Assembly: GCA_027452025.1 (NCBI GenBank)
Contig: DAIDHI010000080.1
Span: 58-64,057 of the forward strand
Length of the DNA stretch: 64,000 nucleotides
Origin: Elusimicrobiota bacterium
Lineage (GTDB): Bacteria; Elusimicrobiota; Elusimicrobia; UBA1565; UBA9628
Direction: 5' to 3'
In this document: piece after piece, positions 38,085 through 47,804 of the stretch
How positions within the stretch are numbered: the stretch's first letter is position 1
Layout: the number at the start of each line of letters is the position of its first letter
The notes under the pieces: generated by a model
The model's database searches: none
What the model saw: the letters and a program-made list of their open reading frames with translations, nothing else
What the model was told of the DNA's origin: nothing
Program-made: the position numbers and the translations under genes

Positions 38085-39865
38085 AGCTCTGGCTGACCTT
38101 GGCCGCGCTCCTGGCAGCCGCGACGCCCGCGCAAGCTTTCTTCTCCCACGCCCGAAAGGCCGCTTCCCCGCCGGCCGCGCCCGCGCCGCCGCCCGAACCC
38201 CTCGATCCGCTGACGACGGCCGAGATCGACGGCGCGGCGCAGGCGCTGCGCGACTCGCGGCTTTTCAGCGATTCCGCCGTCTACCTTTCCATCGCCCTCC
38301 AGGAGCCGTCCAAAGACGAGCCGGGCGCGGGCAAAAGGCTCGCCGCCGCCGTCATCTATGACCGCGCGCGCCGCGAGACCTCGGAGGCCGTCGTCGACGT
38401 CGCCAACCGCAAGCTCGAGTCGTGGCGCCTGGTCCCCGGCATAGAGCCCGGGCTTTCCGACGAGGAGCTCTCGCGGGCGCGGAAACTGGCGTTGTCCGAC
38501 TCCCGCTTCAAGGCGGCGATGGCGGCGCGCGGCCGCAAGACCTGGGACGATCTCGAGGTCGACGGCTGGTCGCCCGGGCCGCTCGACGCGGCGCGCAACT
38601 CGCCGCACCGGGTGGCGCGTCTGGACTTCTACGTGCCCGCGGCGCGCGGCCGCGTCCTCATCGACGGGCTGCAGGCGCTGGCCGACCTGACCGAGGGCAC
38701 GGTCGTCGAGCTGCTCGACGCCGGCGGGCCGCCTCTGCCGCCGCCGGCCCAGGCCCAGGCCCCGGCCCCCGCGCCGCCGCCGCAGCCGGCCAAGAAGAAG
38801 AAAAAACGGGAGGAAGCCCCCGCGCCTGCGGCGCCCTCCTACCCGTTCGAGGTCGCCGGCCACGAACTGCGCTGGCGAGGATGGACGCTGCGCTACGCGC
38901 TGACGCCGCGCGAAGGGCTCGTCCTCTACGAGGTCTCGCGCGACGGCCGGGGGATCGCCGACCGGGCGAGCCTTTCCGAGACGTTCGTCGTCTACGGCGA
39001 CGCGCGGCCGCAGTGGGCCGACCGCTCGGTTTTCCAGGAAGGCGAGCGCGGCCTGGGCCTGCGCGATATCCCGCTCGATCCCGCCCTGGACGCTCCCTCG
39101 CAAGCCGCCTTTTTCGACGAACCGGGCCCGGGGCCGGACGGCCGGGGCCGGATGCTGACGCGCGCCGTCGCCGTCTTCGAGCGAGACGCCGGCCGCGGAG
39201 CCGTCCGCCGCCTCAAGGAGCTCGTCCTCGAATCCAAGGCGCAGGCCGGACCCGAGACCTACGTCACGCGCTGGACCCTGGGCGACGACGGCGAGCTCGA
39301 CGCCGGCGTCGACGTCTCGCAAGACGACCCGGAGGCGCCGCCGCACCAGCATTTCTTCAATTTCAGGGTGGATTTCGACGTCGACGGCAGCACCGACTCG
39401 GTGGCCGAGCTGGAGGCCGCGCCCGGACGGATGACCCTGCTGTCGACGCCCCTGGAAAACCGCTCCCAGGCCCGTCGCGACGTCGACGAGGCGGCGGGCC
39501 GCCGGTGGCTCGTGACGGCGTCCTCCCCCTCGGCCGACGCCTCCCGAGGCTACCTGATCATCCCGGAGGGCAACGCGGCGCCGCTTTCGCCCGCCTTCTC
39601 GCCCGCGCGCCGCGCCGCGCCCTTCATCGGTCACCAGCTTTGGATCACGGCCTACCGCCCCGACGAGCTTTACGCGGCCGGAGAGTTCCCGGGCCGCCGC
39701 GCGCGCGCCGGAGGCGTCGAGCGCTGGACCCAGCGCGACGAGCCGATCCGCGACGCAGACCTCGTCGTCTGGTACACGCTGGGAGCCACGCATCTGCCCA
39801 GGGCCGACGGCTCCGCCCGCCGCCCGCTTTCCTGCCGCCTGCGCCTGGTCCCCGCCGGGCGCTAG
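38081..39865 (+). CDS. copper amine oxidase-fold protein (divergent; secreted)
   Basis: Signal peptide MKLWLTLAALLAAATPAQA. The C-terminal domain carries HQHFFNFRVDFDVDG (HxH copper ligands) and VVWYTLGATHLPRADG (third His). The canonical NY(D/E)Y TPQ motif is not seen. Confidence 0.6.
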   Translation: MKLWLTLAALLAAATPAQAFFSHARKAASPPAAPAPPPEPLDPLTTAEIDGAAQALRDSRLFSDSAVYLSIALQEPSKDEPGAGKRLAAAVIYDRARRETSEAVVDVANRKLESWRLVPGIEPGLSDEELSRARKLALSDSRFKAAMAARGRKTWDDLEVDGWSPGPLDAARNSPHRVARLDFYVPAARGRVLIDGLQALADLTEGTVVELLDAGGPPLPPPAQAQAPAPAPPPQPAKKKKKREEAPAPAAPSYPFEVAGHELRWRGWTLRYALTPREGLVLYEVSRDGRGIADRASLSETFVVYGDARPQWADRSVFQEGERGLGLRDIPLDPALDAPSQAAFFDEPGPGPDGRGRMLTRAVAVFERDAGRGAVRRLKELVLESKAQAGPETYVTRWTLGDDGELDAGVDVSQDDPEAPPHQHFFNFRVDFDVDGSTDSVAELEAAPGRMTLLSTPLENRSQARRDVDEAAGRRWLVTASSPSADASRGYLIIPEGNAAPLSPAFSPARRAAPFIGHQLWITAYRPDELYAAGEFPGRRARAGGVERWTQRDEPIRDADLVVWYTLGATHLPRADGSARRPLSCRLRLVPAGR

Positions 39866-39938
39866 TCATCCGGGCGTCCCGACCTTTTGACGCGGCCGCC
39901 ATGGCCGCTCCTATGGCGCGCCGATATGATGAGGCGCC

Positions 39939-41699
39939 ATGTCCCGACGCCGCCGCGCCCCGCTCCTGCTGGCCGCCGCGCTGCTGGGGGCGGGGCCGGC
40001 GTCGGCGAGGACGTCGAGCAGGGCTGCCGCGGTCGAGCAGCTGTGCCCCCGCATCCGCTTCGTAGGCCCGGCGATCGACCTCGACGACGTCGAGAAGCGC
40101 CTGGTCTGCGGAGATCCGAGCCGCCCGGCCTGGAGCCGCATCCCGCTCAACCAGGCCGAGCAGTTCATGCGCGCGTTCCTGCAGAGGCGCGGGCGCAATT
40201 TCCCGACCTTCAAGGCCGTCGACGACACCCTGGAGGTGCGCATCGGGACGCCGACCTACGTGACGAAGATGACGACCACGGGACTGGAGGGCATTTTGGA
40301 CATGAGCAAGCGCCGCCACATCGTCGGCGAGCTCATGACCCCGGCGGAGCTCGACAAGTTCACCAGCGCCGTCAAGTTCGAGCTCCAGAGCCGCGGCTAC
40401 GCCTGCCCCAAGATCAGCGTGACCGGCGACGCCCGCACGGGCGAGGTGCACGCCTCAGTCGATCCCGGGCCGCGCTACACGATGAGCGACATCGCCACGC
40501 CGCCGCCTCCGGGCATCGACCCGGACATCTTCCGCCGCTATTGGGCCTTCGAGCCCAGCCAGCCATTCGACACGCGCCTGCTGTCTTTGACCTCCGACCG
40601 CATCCAGACCGACGCGCTCTTCCTGAGCGCCTATTACGAGGTCGCGTGCACGACCACGGGGCTGCACATCACCCAAAGGGTCGTCGAGGCTCCTCCGCGC
40701 GAGGTGCGCATCGGCGTGGGGGCCGACACCGAAGGCTATCTGCGCGGCCGCGCCGAGTGGAAGCATTCCCGGATAGGCTACCGCGCCAGCTCCATCGACG
40801 TCACGGCCTTCGACTCCTTCCTCGAACAGTCGGTCGACGGCAACATGAAGTACTACCTGCGGCCTTCCGACCGCATCTACCTGATGCCGCGGGTCTTCCT
40901 GCGGCGCGAGAGCTACACTCCCTACGAAGCCGCCCACTCCGAGGCCGCGATCCTGCCCAGCTGGACTTGGGACGGCACCGACCTCCACGTCGAGACGCGC
41001 GGCGGCCCGGGCATCGAATATTTCAACACCTTGCGCGGCGAGGGCCCGATCGACGACAAGTTCCTCAGCTTCGACACTCAGGCCAAGGTGATGTCGCACC
41101 TCTACGAATATTACGAGCGCGACCCGCGCGAAGGCTGGACGGCCTCGTTCCAATCCAAGTCCCGCGTCTCCGGAGCTTATTCCGACCTGACGGCGCACAT
41201 GATGCGCGTCGACGAGGAGGATCTCTGGAACCTCGGGCGCTACAGCCCGCCGCTGGCCGTCCTGGCGATCCGAGGCTTTGCCGGCACCACCTGGCTCTCC
41301 GACCCCTCTCTGGCCTTCACCAAGCTCCCGCCGAGCATGCGCTTCTTCATGGGCGGCGACGCTAATTTCCGCGGAGCCCCGCTCATGGAGCTGCCCAACG
41401 ACGCCGGCGGGTTTTTGACGGCCGTCTATCAAGGCGTCGAGCTGCGCGCGGGCGACCTCCTTCCCTACGGGCTGCAGCCGCTCGTCTTCATGGACGGCGC
41501 GATGGGAGGCGAGAGCGCCTTCCACCTCGACCCCGCCGTCTACTGGGCTCCGGGAGCGGGCCTGCGCTGGGCGCTGCCCTTCGGCTCCATGCGCGCCACG
41601 ATCGCGCGGGGCCTGACCTGGGCGCGAGGCCAGCAGACCCTGCCGACCTTGAATCTGCCTCGCTGGCAGTTCTTCTTCACGTTCGGACAGGAATTCTGA
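39939..41699 (+). CDS. tamA: Omp85/BamA-family outer-membrane protein (TamA-like)
   Basis: Signal peptide, POTRA-like N-terminal repeats, a C-terminal beta-barrel ending ...WQFFFTFGQEF, and a position immediately upstream of a TamB-like gene. Confidence 0.7.
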   Translation: MSRRRRAPLLLAAALLGAGPASARTSSRAAAVEQLCPRIRFVGPAIDLDDVEKRLVCGDPSRPAWSRIPLNQAEQFMRAFLQRRGRNFPTFKAVDDTLEVRIGTPTYVTKMTTTGLEGILDMSKRRHIVGELMTPAELDKFTSAVKFELQSRGYACPKISVTGDARTGEVHASVDPGPRYTMSDIATPPPPGIDPDIFRRYWAFEPSQPFDTRLLSLTSDRIQTDALFLSAYYEVACTTTGLHITQRVVEAPPREVRIGVGADTEGYLRGRAEWKHSRIGYRASSIDVTAFDSFLEQSVDGNMKYYLRPSDRIYLMPRVFLRRESYTPYEAAHSEAAILPSWTWDGTDLHVETRGGPGIEYFNTLRGEGPIDDKFLSFDTQAKVMSHLYEYYERDPREGWTASFQSKSRVSGAYSDLTAHMMRVDEEDLWNLGRYSPPLAVLAIRGFAGTTWLSDPSLAFTKLPPSMRFFMGGDANFRGAPLMELPNDAGGFLTAVYQGVELRAGDLLPYGLQPLVFMDGAMGGESAFHLDPAVYWAPGAGLRWALPFGSMRATIARGLTWARGQQTLPTLNLPRWQFFFTFGQEF

Positions 41700-44074
41700 T
41701 GCGTACCCTGCGGCGCGCCGTCAAACGGCTCCTCCAGGCCCTCGGCCTGCTCCTCACGCTGACGACCGCGCTCCTGACGGCCTTCATCGCCCGTCCCGAA
41801 TGGTTCCTGACCTCGAGTCGCGTCGAGAGGCTGGCGCGCCGGTTCGGCAAGGCCTATCAGCCCTCATGGACGAGCTTCCATTTCGAGATCGTGTCCCGAA
41901 GCTTCCGCGACAAGACCGTCTCGGTCCGCGTGAAAGACCTGCGCTTCGACGATCCCGCCGCCGGCGCTTCCGGACTGGCGTCCACGGCGGCCGTGACCGT
42001 CAGCTTCCGCCTCGGCCTGCGTCCCCTCGTCCGGCTGACCAGGCTGGACTCGGCCGAGCTCGACGCGCGCTGGCTGCGGCTCGACGAGCGCGGGCCGCGC
42101 CCGGCCAAGCCGGCCAGGAAGACGGTGGAGCGCTACGTCTCGCTGCCGAACCTCCTGCCCGGGCCGGCGCGCTCGATGACATTCGGGGTCGTCGACCTGC
42201 GCGCCCGGCGATTCGTGATCCTGCGCTCGAGCGGCTCTCTGTCCGGCTCGGCCTGGGCGCGCTATCCGTGGCGCAGCCGGCCGCAGCTCGACGCCGCCTC
42301 CGACGTGATCTCGCGCTCGGCCGCGGGCGCCTCGCGCTGGCGCGCCCGCGCGGCCGTGACCTCCGACGTGTTCCAGAAAGGCGGCCTGACCTATCTCCAG
42401 GCGCGGGCGGACTTGGCGGGCCCGGGCTCGACGGCCAAGCTGAGCGCGCGGGTGTTCCAATCCGGGCCCCGGCAGACCCGGCTTCGCGCCGTCGCCGGCG
42501 GCCGCATCGGCGGGCACGCTTTCACCGCCGACCTAGCCGGCTCGCAGACGCCCGCGGCCTACGCCCTGCGCGGCTCGCTGGCCGTACTCGCTCCGACGCC
42601 GCGGCTGCGCTCCGTCTCCTTGGACGACTGCCGCCTCGACGTTCCCCTGCGCAAGGGCTCCCTTTCGCCGCGCGCGCTGACGCTCGATTGCCAGCTCGCG
42701 CTGGCGCCCGCGCCGTTCGGCCCGTCGCCCAACGCCGTTCCCAAGACCATCGCGGGGCGCGTCGCCTTCGACGCCGACGTCAAGAGCTACACGCTGGAGG
42801 GCAAGCCCGACGCCTTCGACGCCCGCCTAGACGCTGCGCTTGGGCCGATGCGCGGCTGGTACCGGTTCGACGCGCGCCTCCAGCTCCAGGCCTCCGGACG
42901 GCTCGCCGCGCTGCCCGCGAGCCTCAAAGCCCGGCACCGCTTGAGCGCCCGCCTGCGCGTGGCGCGCTTCCGCGACCTGGTCGAGTTCCTCAAAGGCACG
43001 AAATACGCCATTCCAGCCCCGCTCAACGTCCTGGAAGGCTCGATCGGCGCCTCGTTTTACGGCTCGGGCGACGCGCGCAGCCCCTCCCAGACGTTCGATT
43101 ATCGCGCGGGAACGGACCTCTCGGGCGCCGGCGAGCGCCTGAAGGTCTCCGTCGCCGGCTCGCTGCTCGCCAAGCGGCTCTTCGAGCCCTCGCGCTCCTT
43201 TTTTGACCGCACCGACGTCGACTTGGAGGAGGTGTCCGTCGAGCTGCCCTATCTGCGCCTGGGGCCGCTGCCGAAGGTGTTCGTCGACAGCCGGATCCAG
43301 ACCGGAGCCGCTTCGCGGCGCGCGGTCGACCCCGTGCCCCCCCCGCCCGCCGAGGCCGTGGCGGGCTCCACCGCGTCCGTGGTCGACTACGACGCGCGCG
43401 TGTTCACCTCCTCGCCCGCCGTGGTCCGGTCCAATCTCGCCAAGACGCCGGTCCCGGTCTCTCTGCGCCTGCGCGCCAGGCCGCAAGCCGTGAGCGGCAC
43501 GATCGCGATCGGGCGCTTCGAAGCCGAGCTGTTCCGGCAGCTGGCCGTCATCGACCACGTGATCCTGACCGAGCACCCGGGCGCCTCGGCGCTCGGCCTC
43601 GACGGCCTCGTCACCTATAAGCGTCCGGAAGCGACGATCTACATCCATCTGCTCGGCAGCACCTCCAAGCCGCAGGTCGCCCTGTCCAGCGACCCTCCGA
43701 TGACGCGAGACGAGATCCTGGCCCTGCTGCTCTACGGCCAGCCGCCGGACGCGCTCGACGAAGATCAGCGCAGCAACGTCGGAAACGCCTCCAACGGCAT
43801 GGCCGCGGGAGCCTTCGGCCTGGCCTCGCTCTATCTCTTCGCCTCCACGCCCGTGGAATACGTGGGCTACGATCCGGCGACGCAGACCTACGCCGTGCGG
43901 CTGAAGCTTCCGGGCGGGGTGCACATGCAGCTGGGCTCCTCGGCGCTGCAGGAATCGCGCACGCTCACGCTGCGCAAGCGGCTGGCGCCCCATTGGCAGA
44001 TCGAGACGCAAGCCGCGACCAGCCAGCAAGGCAACGCCATCACCACGTTCCTCGAGTGGTTCGAACGCTACTAG
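41699..44074 (+). CDS. tamB: translocation and assembly module TamB-like protein (DUF490 C-terminus)
   Basis: N-terminal membrane anchor, a long beta-rich body, and a C-terminal ...SDPPMTRDEILALLLYGQP... block typical of DUF490/TamB. The start overlaps the tamA-like stop. Confidence 0.7.
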   Translation: MRTLRRAVKRLLQALGLLLTLTTALLTAFIARPEWFLTSSRVERLARRFGKAYQPSWTSFHFEIVSRSFRDKTVSVRVKDLRFDDPAAGASGLASTAAVTVSFRLGLRPLVRLTRLDSAELDARWLRLDERGPRPAKPARKTVERYVSLPNLLPGPARSMTFGVVDLRARRFVILRSSGSLSGSAWARYPWRSRPQLDAASDVISRSAAGASRWRARAAVTSDVFQKGGLTYLQARADLAGPGSTAKLSARVFQSGPRQTRLRAVAGGRIGGHAFTADLAGSQTPAAYALRGSLAVLAPTPRLRSVSLDDCRLDVPLRKGSLSPRALTLDCQLALAPAPFGPSPNAVPKTIAGRVAFDADVKSYTLEGKPDAFDARLDAALGPMRGWYRFDARLQLQASGRLAALPASLKARHRLSARLRVARFRDLVEFLKGTKYAIPAPLNVLEGSIGASFYGSGDARSPSQTFDYRAGTDLSGAGERLKVSVAGSLLAKRLFEPSRSFFDRTDVDLEEVSVELPYLRLGPLPKVFVDSRIQTGAASRRAVDPVPPPPAEAVAGSTASVVDYDARVFTSSPAVVRSNLAKTPVPVSLRLRARPQAVSGTIAIGRFEAELFRQLAVIDHVILTEHPGASALGLDGLVTYKRPEATIYIHLLGSTSKPQVALSSDPPMTRDEILALLLYGQPPDALDEDQRSNVGNASNGMAAGAFGLASLYLFASTPVEYVGYDPATQTYAVRLKLPGGVHMQLGSSALQESRTLTLRKRLAPHWQIETQAATSQQGNAITTFLEWFERY

Positions 44075-44086
44075 GCGGAGCTTGAT

Positions 44087-44155
44087 GGTGTCAGGCCTTG
44101 AATTGTTTGACTTGTTTGCCGAGCAAACAAGTCAAACAATTCAAGGCCTGACACC
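44087..44155. repeat. AT-rich perfect 33-bp-stem palindromic hairpin element (GGTGTCAG...CTGACACC termini)
   Basis: GGTGTCAGGCCTTGAATTGTTTGACTTGTTTGC (44087-44119), loop CGA, then the exact reverse complement (44123-44155). It fills the 89-nt gap between the convergent tamB-like and DUF2267 genes. There is no U-tract. Confidence 0.9.
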
Positions 44156-44163
44156 AAGCCCAG

Positions 44164-44679
44164 TCAGTAGCCGCCGGGAACGGCGCCGTAGGGACCCGGC
44201 ACGGACGGAGCCGGCCGCTCGGGCGGGATCGCCGGCTCCGCTTCCTCGCGGGAAAGCTCCGACCAGAATTGCCGGATCTCGCGGGGCAAGATGAACCGGA
44301 TCGCCCGTACTTCGCCCGGGGATAAATGCTCCTCGACGACCCGGAACACCGCCCGCGCCGCGAGCGCGCCGTCGAGACCCGGCTGGCCGCGCAGGGCGTC
44401 GCCGATCGCGCGCAAGAACCGGTCCTTGGTGTAGCGCCGGGGCTTGCGCCGCGGCTTCCAGCCGTCGAAAAAGACGCCTCGCACGAGCAGCGGCATCTGG
44501 GACGAGAACTTGGCCGTCTCGTCGACGGGCATGCAGTCGCGCAGCGCATGCAGCACGGCCCTCAGCGCCGAATAGGCGCGGGGCCGGTCCGTCGAGTGGA
44601 TCTCCGACTCCACCCCCTTGATCCAGAGGTTCGTCTTTTGGAGCGACGAATCGAAGACGTCGATGTTCCTCACCGCCAT
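44164..44679 (-). CDS. DUF2267 domain protein
   Basis: ...RPRAYSALRAVLHALRDCMPVDETAKFSSQMPLLVRGVFFDGWKP... matches the DUF2267 pattern. Confidence 0.72.
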   Translation of the reverse strand: MAVRNIDVFDSSLQKTNLWIKGVESEIHSTDRPRAYSALRAVLHALRDCMPVDETAKFSSQMPLLVRGVFFDGWKPRRKPRRYTKDRFLRAIGDALRGQPGLDGALAARAVFRVVEEHLSPGEVRAIRFILPREIRQFWSELSREEAEPAIPPERPAPSVPGPYGAVPGGY

Positions 44680-44710
44680 AAATCCTCCCTCACTGGATTG
44701 TATCGGGCGG

Positions 44711-45655
44711 CTAGACCGACGGGACTGGGCGAGCTTGCAACTGTTTTGTGGCGGGAATGAGACGCTGGATCGCCTCCGCCATCCCCCTCGCGGCGGCTTC
44801 CTCGCCCGCGGCGTTGGGCCACGGCAGGCCCGGACGCAGCCGATAGCGCTTGAGCGGCGGCCTCAGGTCGCCGACCCCGTCATGAAAGGGAAGGCCGCAG
44901 GCGGCCGCGTACGTCCGGTAGGCCTGACGGACGGGCTCGGCGTCTCGAAGCGACCGCAAGGCGGGATCGGGGAACAGGACGACGACCCCCGGAACGCGGG
45001 CGCGGCGCAGGATCCTCGCGACGAGCGCCAAGTTGTCCCGGATCGACTTCGGATGAAACGGGATCGCGGGCCTGGGCCGCGACCAATAGGAGCGTTCCAT
45101 GTACCAGCGCAGCAAGACGCTGTGCGTCCTGAGGAAGTTCTTGAGGCGGGGAAAAGGATACCGCGCCTTGGCCAGAGGAGGCCCTTGGTCCAAGGCGGCT
45201 TCGAAGACCACGAGATCGGGGTGCCATTGCAGCGCCCGCGCCTTGAGGAACTCCCGCTCCTGGCCGAACTGGTAATGGTACATCGAAGCGTTGATCACAA
45301 CCAGCCGCATGCCCCGCGGCGGCCGGAGCAGGCCTTCCAGGCGGCGGACGAAGCCGGCCGCCTCCGGCAGCCCCAAAGCGAACGCCGGCTCGTCTCCGAC
45401 GACGACGACCCGGTATTCGCCGGCGGGCTTGGCCTTCGGGATGTCGCGCTCGCGCAGGCCGTCGGCGTTGATGCGGGTAAACGCCCCTTCCTTCATGCCG
45501 GCGGCCCCAGGACGCAGCTCGAAGCCGAGGCCGGGATCGAGGCTGTCCTCGTAGACGAGCGCGTCCTCGTGAATCACGGCCCTGGCGACGGCCTCCGCGC
45601 AGGCGGCCGCGGCGACAAGCGCGCAGGCGGCCGCGGCTATGGTCCTCGGCAACAT
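44711..45655 (-). CDS. secreted SGNH-hydrolase-like protein (hypothetical)
   Basis: Signal peptide and a VVVVGDEPAF block in place of the GDS motif. The flavodoxin-like alternation is weak evidence. Confidence 0.4.
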   Translation of the reverse strand: MLPRTIAAAACALVAAAACAEAVARAVIHEDALVYEDSLDPGLGFELRPGAAGMKEGAFTRINADGLRERDIPKAKPAGEYRVVVVGDEPAFALGLPEAAGFVRRLEGLLRPPRGMRLVVINASMYHYQFGQEREFLKARALQWHPDLVVFEAALDQGPPLAKARYPFPRLKNFLRTHSVLLRWYMERSYWSRPRPAIPFHPKSIRDNLALVARILRRARVPGVVVLFPDPALRSLRDAEPVRQAYRTYAAACGLPFHDGVGDLRPPLKRYRLRPGLPWPNAAGEEAAARGMAEAIQRLIPATKQLQARPVPSV

Positions 45656-45773
45656 CTCGTGCTCAGATTATCAACTTTTCCGGCAACCCACAACCCGGGC
45701 ATAAATCACTGACGAAACGGCTATCCCGCCGGCTTCGCCTCGGGCGCCTATAATTCGAGCAAGGAGGAAAACC

Positions 45774-46346
45774 ATGAACTCTTGGAAACCATGCATAAGA
45801 CGGGCGCTCGCGGCCGTCGGCGCGACGGCGCTGGCGCTGAGCGTGCTGGCGCTGCCGTCCGCCGTGTCCGCGGACACCGAAAGCGACGCGCACCCGCATA
45901 CGGGCGTGTCGATCGGAGGCAACGCGACGTACTTTCACGGCAACAAGGGCACGGCCGACGGCTGGTACGGCGGGGCGGACCTGCGGCTGCAATTCGCTCC
46001 CGCCTTGGCGCTGGAAGGCTCGGTCAACTACCAGCAGGATCGTTCCATCGACTACTACCCGGTCCAGGCGTCGCTGCTGGTCTACCTGACGCCGCAATAT
46101 CGCTTGAGCCCCTACATCCTGGGCGGCGGCACGTGGTATCTTCAAAGCGGGCCGGGCAACATGGGCAATTCGTTCGGGCCGCACGCGGGCGCAGGCCTGG
46201 AGCTCTATCTCAGCCGCGACTGGTCCATCGACAGCTCGTGGCGCTACATGTGGCTCCAGAACACCGGCACGGGCACGAACTACTTCAACCGCAGCTACAG
46301 CAGCAACACCTGGATGGTGCAGTCGGGCCTGCACTACCACTTCTAA
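45774..46346 (+). CDS. small outer-membrane beta-barrel protein
   Basis: Signal peptide ...LALPSAVSA, alternating aromatic/Gly strands, C-terminal ...SGLHYHF. Confidence 0.65.
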   Translation: MNSWKPCIRRALAAVGATALALSVLALPSAVSADTESDAHPHTGVSIGGNATYFHGNKGTADGWYGGADLRLQFAPALALEGSVNYQQDRSIDYYPVQASLLVYLTPQYRLSPYILGGGTWYLQSGPGNMGNSFGPHAGAGLELYLSRDWSIDSSWRYMWLQNTGTGTNYFNRSYSSNTWMVQSGLHYHF

Positions 46347-47236
46347 AAGAGGCGGACCGCGCCCCGGACGCCGCTGGAATCGCCGTGCCGGGCCCGGGCC
46401 AGCTTGGTGCGGACGTCGTCGGAGAAGACGTAGCGCCCCCAGAGCCGCGGGACGGACTGATAGAGCCGCGCGAGGTTGGAGAGCCCGCCGCCGAGCACGA
46501 TCACCTCGGGATCGAGGACGTTGATGACGGTGGCCAGCGCCCGGGCGAGGCGGTCCTCGTAGCGCTCAAGCGCCGCCGCCGCCCGAGGCTCTCCGGCGGC
46601 GGCCCGACGCGCGACCTCCTCGGACGCGACCCGCGTTTTCGCGCCCGGCTCGTAGTCGCGCGCCAGGCCCGGGCCCGACAAGAAGGTCTCGATGCAGCCG
46701 CGCTTGCCGCAGTAGCAGGACGGTCCCGGGCGCTCGTCGTCGGCCGGCCAGGGCAGCGGGTTGTGCCCCCACTCGCCGGTGATGGCGTTGGGGCCGGAGA
46801 GGATGCGTCCCGAAACCACCACGCCCCCGCCCACGCCCGTGCCGAGGATCGCGCCGAAGACGCAAGAGGCTCCGGCGGCGGCCCCGTCGGCCGCTTCCGA
46901 AAGGGCGAAACAGTCGGCGTCGTTGGCCAGCCGCACCGGCCGGCCCAGCGCCCGCGCCAAGTCCCGGTCCAGGGGCTTGCCGATGAGGCACGTCGAGTTG
47001 GCGTTCTTGACGAGGCCGGTGGCGGGCGAGAGCGCGCCCGGCATGGCGACGCCGATTCCCGCCGCCCGCGCTCCCGTCCGCTCCTCGGCCCGCCGGACGA
47101 GGCCGACGATGGCCGAAAGCGTCGCCTCGTAATCGCCGGCCGGCGTGGGCACGCGCTCCCGGAAGAGCTCCCGGTCCCCGCCGTCCAGGACGGCGGCCTC
47201 GATCTTGGTGCCGCCCAAGTCGACGCCGATGCGCAC
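46343..47236 (-). CDS. mak: ROK-family sugar kinase (fructokinase/mannokinase Mak-like)
   Basis: MRIGVDLGGTKIE, VKNANSTCLIGKPL, RLANDADCFALSEA, GEWGHNPLPW, CYCGKRGCIETFLSG (Zn motif), ARHGDSSGVRGA. From memory this closely parallels E. coli Mak/YajF. Confidence 0.8.
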   Translation of the reverse strand: MRIGVDLGGTKIEAAVLDGGDRELFRERVPTPAGDYEATLSAIVGLVRRAEERTGARAAGIGVAMPGALSPATGLVKNANSTCLIGKPLDRDLARALGRPVRLANDADCFALSEAADGAAAGASCVFGAILGTGVGGGVVVSGRILSGPNAITGEWGHNPLPWPADDERPGPSCYCGKRGCIETFLSGPGLARDYEPGAKTRVASEEVARRAAAGEPRAAAALERYEDRLARALATVINVLDPEVIVLGGGLSNLARLYQSVPRLWGRYVFSDDVRTKLARARHGDSSGVRGAVRLF

Positions 47237-47253
47237 GCCGCTAGACTAGCCTA

Positions 47254-47733
47254 TTATGGCGACGTCTGCACGCCCCCCGAAGGCGTCGCCGCCGCGCCCT
47301 GGCCGGCCGCCCCCGCCGCCGGGCGCTTGACCTCGACGAGGACCAAGTCGCAGGCATGATCGCCCGTGGCCGCGGCGCCGCGCTGGGCGGCGTCCGACCA
47401 GATGACTTGGTCCTTCTTCGTGTTCAGGTCCCACGTCCGTCCGTCCGCGGACTCCAGCCGCAGAGAGCAGTCCTGAAGCGAATACATCATCTCGTTGGGC
47501 GTATCCGGCATCGTGACGCGCTGGCCGGGACTGATCGACAGCCGGCTCACGCGCACTTGCGCGTTGTCGTAGATGGGCTGCGCCTGGCCCGGCAAGGGCG
47601 CCTCTCCGGCCGGCTGCACGTTGGTGGCGGACGGGGAACTCGACGACGCCTGGGCCGTGGCCTCGCCGGCGCGGGTGTGAGCGCACGCGCACCCCAGCAC
47701 GGCGGCCGCGGCCAAGAGAAACAGTCTCTTCAT
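47254..47733 (-). CDS. hypothetical lipoprotein (small beta-rich/cupin-like)
   Basis: AAGGAGG SD, MKRLFLLAAAAVLGCACAH lipobox. ATG 47733 is preferred over the listed 47943. Confidence 0.5.
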   Translation of the reverse strand: MKRLFLLAAAAVLGCACAHTRAGEATAQASSSSPSATNVQPAGEAPLPGQAQPIYDNAQVRVSRLSISPGQRVTMPDTPNEMMYSLQDCSLRLESADGRTWDLNTKKDQVIWSDAAQRGAAATGDHACDLVLVEVKRPAAGAAGQGAAATPSGGVQTSP

Positions 47734-47804
47734 GGCTGCCTCCTTTGCGACGCCTCCAGTATAGCCGGACGGACGCGACGATCCTCGGACGGGGCGCAAA
47801 CGAG

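Noticed and set aside
44082-44549. ORFs 44082-44294 (+) and 44091-44549 (-)
   Set aside because: Both start inside or run through the perfect 33-bp palindrome and overlap the DUF2267 gene out of frame. They are artefacts.
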